A stretch of 64,000 nucleotides of DNA from Macrostomum lignano (lineage: Eukaryota): NCBI GenBank assembly GCA_002269645.1, contig NIVC01001272.1, positions 260,065 through 324,064 on the forward strand. Direction: 5' to 3'. Below are positions 1 through 11,257 of the stretch, piece by piece. The notes below the pieces were generated by a model. The model was not told the DNA's origin, did not search any database, and was given only the letters and a program-made list of their open reading frames with translations. Positions within the stretch are counted from its first letter, which is position 1, and each line of letters starts with the position of its first letter. Both the position numbers and the translations under genes were made by a program.

Positions 1-779
1 GTTTATTAAGCATATAGAACATACATACTGATCATAAGGGTAAGATGCAAACTAAATAAAGTTTAGTGACTATATCGACTGAATTAAAGTTAAATTAAAT
101 AAAGTAAAGAAATTTTTCATTAATAAATATATGTTTAGGACTAAAATGCCTTGTCCTAGCATTTGTGTTGTCTTTATCTTTTGTCTACAATTTAAACTAC
201 TTTATCTTTATCAATCACGCATGCATAACTTCTAGCTAACATAACCATTTCAAGTATAAATTATAAAGTTAATGACAAGAAAGACAAGATGGATAAAGAC
301 AAAAATGGCACAAAGAACCCAAAATAGTAAAGGCAAAACAAAAAGAAAAATGTAAGAATACAAACAAAGTAAGTTGTTAAAGGGGAAACTAGCTAGCCAC
401 AATTTTAGTCAAAACACAAGTCATATCCAGTGTTATTTCTTTGGTTATGCTTGTAGGTTATCAATTAAACTTTGTTTTTTATCCTTATAACCAAAAACTT
501 ACATGGCTAATTTTTATAAATCAGCACATATTTTAATTTTCATGGCCATAAATTACAGCAAAACAAAAAAAATTAAACAAGACTATATATTCTATAGTCA
601 CACATTTATATTTATTGTTAATAATAGTACTTATAGGCATCAATAAGTACCCATTTTAACATACAGTTAGTTGCCAATAATATAGCCACAATCATTAGTA
701 TGTTAATAATAAATATCTTAATTCTATAATTCTAATTCATGTTATTTTTTGGCACAAAATAAAAAACAAACAAATTTCA

Positions 780-2296
780 ATGGCACAGTCTCAACTTCAA
801 AGGAGAGATTCAAGCATTGTTGACTCAGACTCAAACTCAGACAGTAACAACAACAGCAGTTATAGCAGTGATGAAGAATGTGGATCACCAGTGGCTAAAA
901 GAGTCTGGCTAGGAGACTCATCGAAGGGGAATTCCATCTCCAAGCCTTCATCTGTAGGCTCAGCCTCTTCATCTAGACTTGCCGCTGCTGAGGCCTGGCG
1001 TAAAACATTTCAAGAAGGCGTCATTGATAGTCAACTCAGTAGAGCTGTGGGCTTTGTCAGCGGTGGACAGCCCAATGTGGACAGGTGAGATCGCCAGTTT
1101 TTTAAAGTCTAAATTAAACCTAAAACCTAAATTGAGCCAATTGGCATCTCAGCAACTCCCCCATTGAGCCAATTGGCATCTCAGCAACTCCCCATTGAGC
1201 CAATTGGCATCTCAGCAACTCCCCATTGAGCCAATTGGCATCTCAGCAACTCCCCATTGAGCCAATTGGCATCTCAGCAACTCCCCATTGAGCCAATTGG
1301 CATCTCAGCAACTCCTCTGGAGTTGACTCCAGATAATAAAGAGAAAGGTGGAGTGCGCGACTAAAGAGAGAGAGACAAAAAATGGAGAGCCAATCAGAAG
1401 GCAGCAAGGGAGAGATAAGAATAACAAGAAGAGGCGAGAATGGAGAGCCAATCCGAAGGCAGCAAGGGAGAGAGAGAGATAAGAATAACAAGAAGAAGCG
1501 AGAATGGAGAGCCAATCAGAAGGCAGCAAGGGAGAGAGAGATAAGAATAACAAGAAGAGGCGAGAATGGAGAGCCAATCAGAAGGCAGCAAGGGAGAGAG
1601 AGAGATAAGAATAACAAGAGGCGAGAATGGAGAGCCAATCAGAAGGCAGCAAGGGAGAGAGATAAGAATAGCAAGAAAAGGCGAGAATGGAGAGCCAATC
1701 AGAAGGCAGCAAGGGAGAGAGATAAGAATAGAAAGATTGAGCTAGACAGAGAGAGAGAGAGAGTAAATAGAGACAAGTGAAGGTGAACTAAAGAAATGAC
1801 TAGGAAAGTTGCGACAATTTTAGTTTAAATAATTGCATTTATTGTAACCCCTCCACCCCCCATTTTTCACTCCCAACCCAGAGACACGGAAGCCTACAAT
1901 TACAAGCTGGCTCCCCGGCTGCCCGACAAAGAATCTCGACAGGCCAAACGGAAAGCCGATCTGGATGCAATTTCTGCTGCTGTGGCTGCTGCCGGGCAAG
2001 TTGATGACGAGTTTTCAGCCGTAGCTGAGCAGCATCTCGAATTGGAGCAGTTCGGCTTGCCTAGCGCCGATGCTCAGGGATCTGACTCGCAGTCGGACTT
2101 GCGACTCAAATTGCGGGCTAAGAATAGGAAGCGAAATGCGCAGAAACGCCTGAGCAAGGAGAGGAAGAGACAGCGGGCAGAGCAGCGGGCTGCCGGCGGC
2201 AACTTGGGAGACATGGAGGTTGACGGAAAACAGAAGGCGAAGCGGGGACAGCGCGATAGGAATAAGGTGAGAGGCTGAGATTTCTTTCTGTTTGTT

Positions 2297-2333
<37 letters not shown>

Positions 2334-2335
2334 TG

Positions 2336-2374
<39 letters not shown>

Positions 2375-2378
2375 TCTC

Positions 2379-2447
<69 letters not shown>

Positions 2448-2448
2448 G

Positions 2449-2493
<45 letters not shown>

Positions 2494-2496
2494 GTA

Positions 2497-2581
<85 letters not shown>

Positions 2582-2584
2582 GTG

Positions 2585-2633
<49 letters not shown>

Positions 2634-2652
2634 TAGTGTCTGTCTGTCTTGG

Positions 2653-2699
<47 letters not shown>

Positions 2700-2700
2700 G

Positions 2701-2745
<45 letters not shown>

Positions 2746-2748
2746 GTG

Positions 2749-2829
<81 letters not shown>

Positions 2830-2832
2830 GTG

Positions 2833-2865
<33 letters not shown>

Positions 2866-2868
2866 GTG

Positions 2869-2905
<37 letters not shown>

Positions 2906-2908
2906 GTG

Positions 2909-2953
<45 letters not shown>

Positions 2954-2984
2954 GTGTGTCTGTCTGTCTGTCTGTCTCTCTGTG

Positions 2985-3017
<33 letters not shown>

Positions 3018-3020
3018 GTG

Positions 3021-3061
<41 letters not shown>

Positions 3062-3104
3062 GTCTCTCTGTGTGTCTGTCTGTCTGTCTGTCTGTCTCTC
3101 TGTG

Positions 3105-3149
<45 letters not shown>

Positions 3150-3180
3150 GTGTGTCTGTCTGTCTGTCTGTCTCTCTGTG

Positions 3181-3213
<33 letters not shown>

Positions 3214-3244
3214 GTGTGTCTGTCTGTCTGTCTGTCTCTCTGTG

Positions 3245-3285
<41 letters not shown>

Positions 3286-3328
3286 GTCTCTCTGTGTGTC
3301 TGTCTGTCTGTCTGTCTGTCTCTCTGTG

Positions 3329-3369
<41 letters not shown>

Positions 3370-3947
3370 GTGTGTCTGTCTGTCTGTCTGTCTGTCTCTT
3401 TCCCTATATATGTATACTATTGTAATAGTTTTATAATAATTCGATATCCAATATATTTTACCCCGCATTTGCTCTCCTCCCCACCCTCCAGCTGGACCCC
3501 TCAGTCCCGCCAGAGAAGCTGGCCCGCCGCCTGGCTCACCTGCTGCACGAGCCGAAGCGCCACATCCTTGATAGAGTGGTTGCCCATCTCGGCCCAGCCA
3601 AAGCCATCGAGCTGTACCGGCGCACTCAGGACATTGAGTCTGCCGGCGGCTTGCCCGTTGCTAATGGCAACCGCAGACGCACTCCAGGCGGAGTCTATAT
3701 GCAGCTAATCAAATCCGAAGACTCAGTGACTCCCGATATGTTGCGACAGATATTTGATGGCGAGCAGAGTTCCGCTAAGGATAGAAGGAAACGACTGAGA
3801 GCCAATAGGCGCAAGAAGCAGTCAGCTGATCGGGGCGGCGTTGCCAGCGCGGATGCTCAGCAGGCTGACGAGACTGCGGAGTTGGAGAAGAAGCGGGCGG
3901 AACTTCTGGCTCAGTTGGACAGCTTGGAAGATGCCGAAATTGAATAA
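780..3947 (+). CDS. PHAX: PHAX, phosphorylated adaptor for RNA export; exons 780-1084, 1882-2266, 3492-3947 (381 aa)
   Basis: GT-AG introns keep the frame (junctions VDR|DTEAYNY and RNK|LDPS). Exon 3 encodes the PHAX RNA-binding domain motif [24 protein letters not shown]...[23 protein letters not shown]. The N-terminus is Ser/Asp-rich. Confidence 0.93.
1132..1315. repeat. 31-32-bp minisatellite (GAGCCAATTGGCATCTCAGCAACTCCCC(C)ATT), ~6 copies, PHAX intron 1
   Basis: Tandem units read directly; each contains the 10-bp palindrome GCCAATTGGC. Confidence 0.95.
1380..1730. repeat. ~58-60-bp purine-rich minisatellite (GAATGGAGAGCCAATCAGAAGGCAGCAAGGGAGAGAGATAAGAATAACAAG...), PHAX intron 1
   Basis: About 6 tandem copies visible. 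Confidence 0.9.
2290..3396. repeat. (TCTG)n microsatellite with TCTC/TGTG variants, PHAX intron 2
   Basis: About 1.1 kb of TCTG repeats; source of the spurious VCLS and RQTD ORFs. Confidence 0.98.
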
Positions 3948-4519
3948 CATTAGTGCATTTATCCTTTCTTTCATGGTTCACGTTTTGCTGAGATTGCTTT
4001 CTGTCTCTCTGTCTGTTTGTCTGTCTGCCTGTCTGTCTGTCTGTCTGTCTTCATGTTTCGCTTCATACTACTTAATTGCTCTGTACGATTGTAAGTAGTA
4101 TCTAAAATCAATTTGGAAATTGCAAATCTATTAATAACCTACAAATCATATAGATATATAATTTTTGTTACTTAATTACCTATGATCATAACTGGCTACT
4201 ATGTCACTGTCTACTTGAAGTAGTTAACTTAGCTTTCTTGATGCATTTTATATTCAGACAATTGTTAACAATCTGCTTGGTTTCATGTAATAGTGTGTAA
4301 TATGTGTGTAATTAAATAAAAGTGCATCTCCTCAGTTGTTTTAAGAATCAGTCAGTTTGTAGGAAAATTAATTTTTGTTTGATTTACTTCCTTTTTCTTC
4401 TAGTAAGCCGATATTTTTATCTCATTCTATCAACTTTTTATGATGTTATTTCTATTTCATAAAGTAATCCCTGGAATTATCGTTCTTTCAAGTTCATAAT
4501 TCAATCAATCTAATTATCT

Positions 4520-5420
4520 TATTCTTCCCTATTCATAATTTATAATCCACCTAATTATAATATTCTTCCCAATTCATAATCCACCTAATTATCATATTCT
4601 CCCCAATTCATAATCCACCTAATTATCATATTCTCCCCGATTCATAATCCATCTAATTATCATACTCTTCCCAATTCATAATCCACCTAATTATCATATT
4701 CTCCCCGATTCATAATCCACCTAATTATCATATTCTCCCCGATTCATAATCCATCTAATTATCATACTCTTCCCAATTCATAATCCACCTAATTATCATA
4801 TTCTCCCCGATTCATAATCCACCTAATTATCATATTCTCCCCGATTCATAATCCATCTAATTATCATACTCTTCCCAATTCATAATCCACCTAATTATCA
4901 TATTCTCCCCAATTCATAATCCACCTAATTATCATATTCTCCCCAATTCATAATCCACCTAATTATCATATTCTCCCCAATTCATAATCCACCTAATTAT
5001 CATATTCTCCCCGATTCATAATCCATCTAATTATCATACTCTTCCCAATTCATAATCCACCTAATTATCATATTCTCCCCGATTCATAATCCATCTAATT
5101 ATCATACTCTTCTCAATTCATAATCCATCTAATTATCATACTCATCCCAATTCATCTTTCAATTTATCTAATTATCATATTCTTCTCAATTCATAATCCA
5201 TCTAATTATCATACTCTTCTCAATTCATAATCCATCTAATTATCATATTCTTCCCAATTCATAATCCATCTAATTATCATACTCATCCCAATTCATCTTT
5301 CAATTTATCTAATTATCATATTCTTCCCAATTTATAGTTTTATCCATCCAGTTATCATATTCCTCACAAATCATAATTCATAATCTAATTATCATTTTCT
5401 TCGTAATTAATAATTTAATC
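4520..5420. repeat. 34-bp AT-rich minisatellite (ATTCATAATCCACCTAATTATCATATTCTCCCCA) between PHAX and PWP2
   Basis: More than 20 tandem units, degenerating at both ends. Confidence 0.93.
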
Positions 5421-5675
5421 TATATAATTATCATATTCTTCCCAGATTATTATTCCCAAAGTTAACAATCCAATAATCCCAAGAATAACAATAATAAAAA
5501 TAATAATCCCAATAAAAATCTTCCCAATAGTTTAATCCCCTAATTATCATATTATTCCTAATTCATATTTTACCCCTAAAATCACCTTACTTTTTTCTTA
5601 GATTATCATAAAATTAGCCTCATTAATTAACAAAGACCAATGAAAAAATGATTTTCACTTCATGCCTGACCGTGT

Positions 5676-8600
5676 ATGGACTTCCGCTTCTCCAACCTAC
5701 TGGGCACAGTCTACCGCAGAGGCAATGTCTGCTTCACAGAAGACGGATTTCAACTTATCAGTCCTGTGGGAAACCGCGTGACAGTATTCGATCTGAGGCA
5801 TGACCGGTCTCACACACTGCAGCTGGAGGCCTCATACGATATCGAGCACATTGCTCTGTCCCCAGACAATGCTCTGTTATTAGCTGTCGATTGCAAAGGC
5901 GAAGCTCACCTAGTTGCCATGGCAACCGGAGCAGCTATTGCTCGTCAGAAATTGCCATCAAGAGTCAGCGCGTTGGCTTACTCACCAGATGGTGACTATT
6001 TTGCTATGGCTCGAGACAACCGGGTGCACGTGTACCATGGACCTGGGCTGGAGCGGTACTTCAATCAGTTCAAGTTGTATCGCAGTTACTATGGCAACCG
6101 AGATGAGGTCACGAGCATAGCGTGGAGCTCCGATTCTAAAGCGTTTGTGTGCGCTTGCAGGGACCTGCAGGTTCGTTGGAGTTGGATCTGTCATTAGATA
6201 CCCTCAGGGTGTCCCATTAGATACCCATAGTGTCTGCCTTTAGATACCCTCAGAGTATCCCATTAGATACATTTAGTGTCTCCCATTAGATACCCTCAGT
6301 GTTGTCCATTAGATACATTCAGTGTCTCTTAATAGATACCCTCCGTGTCTCCCATTAGATACCCTCAGTGTCTCCCATTAGATACCTTCAGTGTCTCCCA
6401 TTAGATACCCTCAGGATTTCCCATTAGATATCTTTAGAATGTCCTATTGGATACCCTCAGTGTCTGCCATAATTTAGATTTCCTCATAATGTAAGAATCT
6501 CACCTTAGATTTCCATCAGACTGTGAGAATCTCACCTTAGATTCCCATCAGGCTGTGAGAATCTCGCCTTAGATTCCCCTTCAGACTGTAAGAATCTCAC
6601 CTTAGCTTCCCATCAGACTGTAAGAATCTCATCTAGATTCCCATCAGACTGTAAGAATCTCACCTTAGATTCCCATCAGACTGTAAGAATCTCATCTAGA
6701 TTCCCATCAGACTGTAAGAATCTCACCTTAGATTCCCATTAGACTCTAAAAATCTCACCTTAGATTCCCATCAGACTCCCAGAAGAATCTCACCTTAGAT
6801 TCCCATTAGACTTTAAAAATCTCACCTTAGATTCCTCTAAGACCCTCTTCATGAGCAGAGGTCCCCAAACGCCATGCATTTCAGGTTCGGGTGTTCTCTC
6901 TGCACAAGACCGCCCGCCTGCCAGGCTGCTACAGTCTCGGCGGTTTCACTGAGGACATTGTCGGCGTGGCATTCCTGCCAGATTCGTTGAACCTGTTTGC
7001 CGTGTCAAGCGCCGGTTTCGTGATGCTGTGGCAGTGCGACACGGAGCTGTCTGACTTGTTGATTAAACAGCAGCAGCAGCCTCAGCTCACTGACGGCACT
7101 GGTGATGACAACGATGACTCACCATCTGACAGTGAAGATTGCGATTTGAAAGAAACAAAAAACGAAGAGAATAAACCGGGATTAGAGAAGATTTTTATTA
7201 ATAAGCTGCGATATTTGAAGCCGAAAAAGATGCGGCTAAGAGAGGATGCTGAGGATAGCAAACGGGTTAGCGCTGTTATTGGTTGTTTGGCTTTTTGTCC
7301 CGGCTCCAAGCAGTTGGTGTGCGGCACCGAGGATGGCCGGGTGATGCTCTATGCTGTTGACAACTGCGCTCTGCTACTGTCGCTACAGGTGAGATTTTTA
7401 TATGGGACGGATTTAAAAAAGATGGAAGGGAAAGATATCGGAAAGAAAGCGGCGAGTTTAAAAGGATTGATAGAGAAGCGGAGAGATCAAAAGAATTTAT
7501 GGATAGGCGGTGAGATCAAAGGGACATATAGAGAAGCGGTGAGATCAAAGAGACAGAAAGAGAAGCGGTGAGATCAAAGGGACAGATAGAGAAGCGGCGA
7601 GATCAAAAGGATAGGTAGAGAATCGGCGAGATCAAATGGAGAAGATATGAGAAGCGGCGAGATTAATGGGACAGATAGACGCGGCAAGATCAAAGGATTA
7701 GGGCGGCAAGATCAAAGGATTAGGGCGTCTTTACTATCAGGGCATCCCTACCGACGCCTCCTTTTAAACAGGTATGCGACTCCCAGGTGGACTCGGTGTC
7801 AATCTCGCCAGACGGTCTGTGGATCGCAGCCGCAGGCGCCGCCCACGGTCAGCTGCTGGTGTGGGACTGGCGCGCCTCAGCCTACGTGATGCGGCAGGCT
7901 GGCAGTTTCAACTGCCTCCGCTGTGCCGCCTTCTCGCCGGATGGCGGCCAGCTGGTGTGCGGCTACAGCGACGGCCGAGTCCGGTTGTGGAGCTCCCAGT
8001 CTAGCCTGTCATTCGCCACCCTGACTGAGCACACCAGCTGCATCACCGGGGTGAGGTTCTGCGGCAAACGAGTTGTGATTGCCAGTTCAGCTGATGGCTC
8101 GATTCGAGCCTGGGACCTCGGTCGGTATAGGAATTTTCGTACGCTGGTATCGCCTACTCCGCTACAGTTGAGCTGCTTGGATGCGGATCCCTCTGGGATC
8201 TGATTGCTGCTGGCTGTCTAGATGAGTTCCATCTGTTGATTTGGTCGCTGAAGACTGGGAGGCTGCTGGTGACCCTCACTGGCCATACAGCGCCTGTGTC
8301 TTGCGTAGCCTTCAGGTGAGTTGAAGTTTCTTAATCTGCTGTTATAGAGTCAGACCTATTAAAATACCCTGTAGAATTGCCCTATTTAATTACCCTGTAG
8401 AATTGCCCTATTTAATTACCCTGTAGAATTGCCCTATTTAATTACCCTGTAGAATTGCCCTATTTAATTACCCTGTAGAATTGCCCCTATTTAATTACCC
8501 TGTAGAATTGCCCTATTTAATTACCCTGTAGAATTGCCCCTATTTAATTACCCTGTAGAATTGCCCCTATTTAATTACCCTGTAGAATTGCCCCTATTTA

Positions 8601-10052
8601 ATTACCTGTCGTCGTCCCTATTTACCTGTAGAATCGCCCTAATTACCTGTAGAATCTCCTTATTTACCTGTAGAATCTCCCTATTTACCTGTAGAATCTC
8701 CCTATTTACCTGTAGAATCGCCCTATCACCCTAATAGAATCACCTGTAGCCCCACCCACCCTCCTGTCACCAACCAGGCCGGGTCCCGGCTCCACAATCC
8801 TGGCCAGCGGTTCCTGGGACAGCACAGTCCGTCTCTGGGACGTTCTCGGCTCTGACCAGCAGCCCGAGGTCATCCAGTGCGGTCACGACGTTCTCTCACT
8901 TGCCTGGCGACCGGACGGTCAGCAACTATCCGTTGCCATTAACAACGGCACCATCCTGGTGATGGACGCGGTGCCATCTGGCAGCGGCACCGACGCCCCG
9001 AGTTCCAATCCACTCGCACCATCGACTGTCGTCAAGACCTCGGCTACGACAAACCCGACGGTGCCCTGATCAGCGGCCGACGGCTGGCCGAAGCTGGCGG
9101 CGGTTTTAACTCGCTGTCGTACAGTCCGACAGGTCAACTACTGCTAGCTGGTGGCCTCTCCAAGCACATCTGTCTGTACTCGCCTAGCGATCAGCTGTTG
9201 TTGCGCAAATTCCCTGTCACAGCAAATCGCAGTCTGAAAGCTGTAGCGTTGGAGAAGCGAGCAGCTAAACTGGTTCGAGATCTGGGTGTCCGGGCTGGGT
9301 CCAATGCCGGCGGTACTGAGGTCAACTTTGAGGATGACGCTGTCGACTCGTCGGATGCCAGAGTGTCGGTGACTGGAGTGTCGTTTAGTCCAGCTGGGGA
9401 CATGTTCCTGGCAGCCTGTACTGAAGGTGTACTGCTGTACTGCTCACCTGGATCGCGTCACCTGCTGCCGTCGGAGTCTCTGGTAGCCAGCTGCCGACGA
9501 CTGACTCTTCGCGATACGCCGCAAACTGTCGTGGAGTCGATTCAAGCTGGTCGATTTGGCGACGCATTGGACGTCGCTTTGCGTATCAACCAGCCGGGTT
9601 TGGTCAGGCAGTGCCTTGAGGCTACGCCTACTAGCGGGGAGAATCGCAATCTGGTTGACCTTCTTTGTTCCCAGCTGCCGTTGGACACCTGTAGAGACGT
9701 GCTGGCACCTCACGTAGCCGATTGGCTGGCGGATAGCAACCGGTTGGAGCACTGCATGGCCTGGGCCAGAGCGGTTGCTAGGGTGTGCTGTTTGGGCCAG
9801 TCTAACACGGCCAGACAGCGCAGGGATCCGTGTCCCGGTCTGACTCGGCTACAGCGGGCAGTTGGCGATAGGCGCAGTCAGTTGGAACGAATCTGCTCGG
9901 GAAATATGCACACGCTGGACTATCTGTGCCATCTGGCTGGCGGGCTTGGCGATACCAAGAGTAGTAAAGCTGGCGATGCTCTGCAGGGCACTGATGATGG
10001 AGAACTGCCAGCTCAATCTGCTGACTTGGAGCCAATGGAGACCATGGAGTGA
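5676..10052 (+). CDS. PWP2: PWP2/UTP1 WD40 small-subunit processome protein; exons 5676-6170, 6885-7388, 7772-8315, 8778-10052; two -1 frameshifts (~8195-8198, ~9013-9016); ~939 aa when corrected
   Basis: N-terminus MDFRFSNLLGTVYRRGN...SPVGNRVTVFDL is diagnostic. WD motifs GQLLVWDW, QAGSFN, GRVRLW, DGSIRAWDLGRYRNFRT, GSWDSTVRLWD and LAGGLSKHICLY match PWP2. GT-AG boundaries keep phase. Confidence 0.93.
6190..6835. repeat. Two adjacent minisatellites in PWP2 intron 1: 23-bp CCCATTAGATACCCTCAGTGTCT (~6190-6470) and 32-bp CTGTAAGAATCTCACCTTAGATTCCCATCAGA (~6490-6835)
   Basis: Tandem units read directly. Confidence 0.9.
7430..7730. repeat. ~27-bp degenerate minisatellite (GATAGAGAAGCGGCGAGATCAAAGGGA), PWP2 intron 2
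   Basis: Recurrent GAGAAGCGGYGAGATCAAA units. Confidence 0.8.
8365..8745. repeat. 26-bp minisatellite (CCCTGTAGAATTGCCCTATTTAATTA), PWP2 intron 3
   Basis: About 14 tandem units. Confidence 0.92.
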
Positions 10053-10083
10053 TAGGGCACCATTTAACCTAAGTTTTTTTCAG

Positions 10084-10290
10084 CCGATATGTATCGAAAA
10101 TATCAAAATAAAGCATAAATAACTAAAGAGGCCGATATGTATCGAACATTTTAAAATAAAGCAGTAAATAACTAAAAAAAGGCCGATATATATAGAAAAT
10201 ATCAAAGAGAAGCTTTAAATAATAAAAAACGCCGATATGTATCGAAAGTTTCAAAATAACTAAAGTAGACCGGTAAGTATCGATAGCTTA
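10084..10290. repeat. ~50-bp degenerate tandem repeat built on the interrupted palindrome CGATA-TG-TATCG, just 3' of the PWP2 stop
   Basis: CCGATATGTATCGAA at 10084, 10132 and 10232, a variant at 10183, TATCGATA at 10278, and an isolated copy at 10767. Confidence 0.8.
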
Positions 10291-10846
10291 AAAAAGATGG
10301 TCTTTTTCGTGCTAAAATTGCTTTCTTCAAACTTTTATCATCTGTTCCTTTGTTACTAATGCATTTTGTTTCATTTGTTGTTGCGCAAACTATCTGTTGT
10401 GGTTCATTGGTTCTCAGCATCAAATTATGAATTATGAGTCTGAGTTCCTGCCTTCAACGCAGCGGCACGAAAGTACAGTGAAAAAAATGGCGATTTTATT
10501 AAACAATAGCAAATGCATTTTTATTGGATCGATTTGGAATCGGTGCGCTTTTTTGTCTTTTTTCTTTTGAATGTTTCGGTTGCAGTGTTCGCCTCACCTA
10601 CTTAAAGTAGGCTTCAATTTATAGTTTCTTTTCGATTATAGATTTAAATCCTTAGTACTCATAAAAAGTTAACTCTAATGCGATAATTGTTTAGTGTATC
10701 ATGTTTTCATAATTTATACAGTCAACAATCTAAAAGTTTAGAAGTTTAAAGTTAAACACGGTTTTACCGATATGTATCGAAAGTACTCTTTACAATCCCA
10801 GTCTGGTATGAATTAAAAAAATTGAATTTTCGCCAATTCATGCGCA

Positions 10847-11257
10847 ATGGCCTCCGGTGTAGCCGTCGATCCCAGCGTGAAGGATGATTTTAACGACATC
10901 AAACTGGGCCACAAGTACGCCTACATGGTGTTCAAGATTGATTCAGAATCCATGATTAAAACTGAGCGCACCTGCGTCAGCTGCACCTACGACGAATTCA
11001 CCTCCAGCCTGCCGGCCAACGAGTGTCGCTACGCTGTCTTCGACTACAAATACTGCCTTGACGACGGGTCGAAACGGGAGAAGCTTCTCTTCATTCACTG
11101 GGCGCCCGACAGCGCCAAGATTCGAGACAAGATGCTGTACGCCTCATCCAAGGACGCTCTGAAACGCGACCTGAAAGGCGTTGTTGAAATCCAGGCCAGC
11201 GACCTGTCAGAGGTGGACGAAGTCACCATCAAGGAGAAGGTGAAAGCTTCCGGTTGA
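10847..11257 (+). CDS. ADF/cofilin actin-depolymerising factor (136 aa, intronless CDS)
   Basis: MASGVAV N-terminus (regulatory Ser3), CRYAVFD, KLLFIHWAPDSAKIRDKMLYASSKDALK and IQASD are ADF-H signature motifs. Confidence 0.96.
   Translation: MASGVAVDPSVKDDFNDIKLGHKYAYMVFKIDSESMIKTERTCVSCTYDEFTSSLPANECRYAVFDYKYCLDDGSKREKLLFIHWAPDSAKIRDKMLYASSKDALKRDLKGVVEIQASDLSEVDEVTIKEKVKASG

Noticed and set aside
2074-3708. Long ORFs (RQTD and VCLS repeats)
   Set aside because: Translations of the (TCTG)n microsatellite in PHAX intron 2.
8201-8203. Stop-codon readthrough or selenocysteine at the PWP2 TGA
   Set aside because: PWP2 homology continues in a different frame, so this is an indel rather than recoding.
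10847-11257. Cofilin as a processed retrocopy
   Set aside because: The ORF is intact, and there is no poly(A) remnant or TSD.
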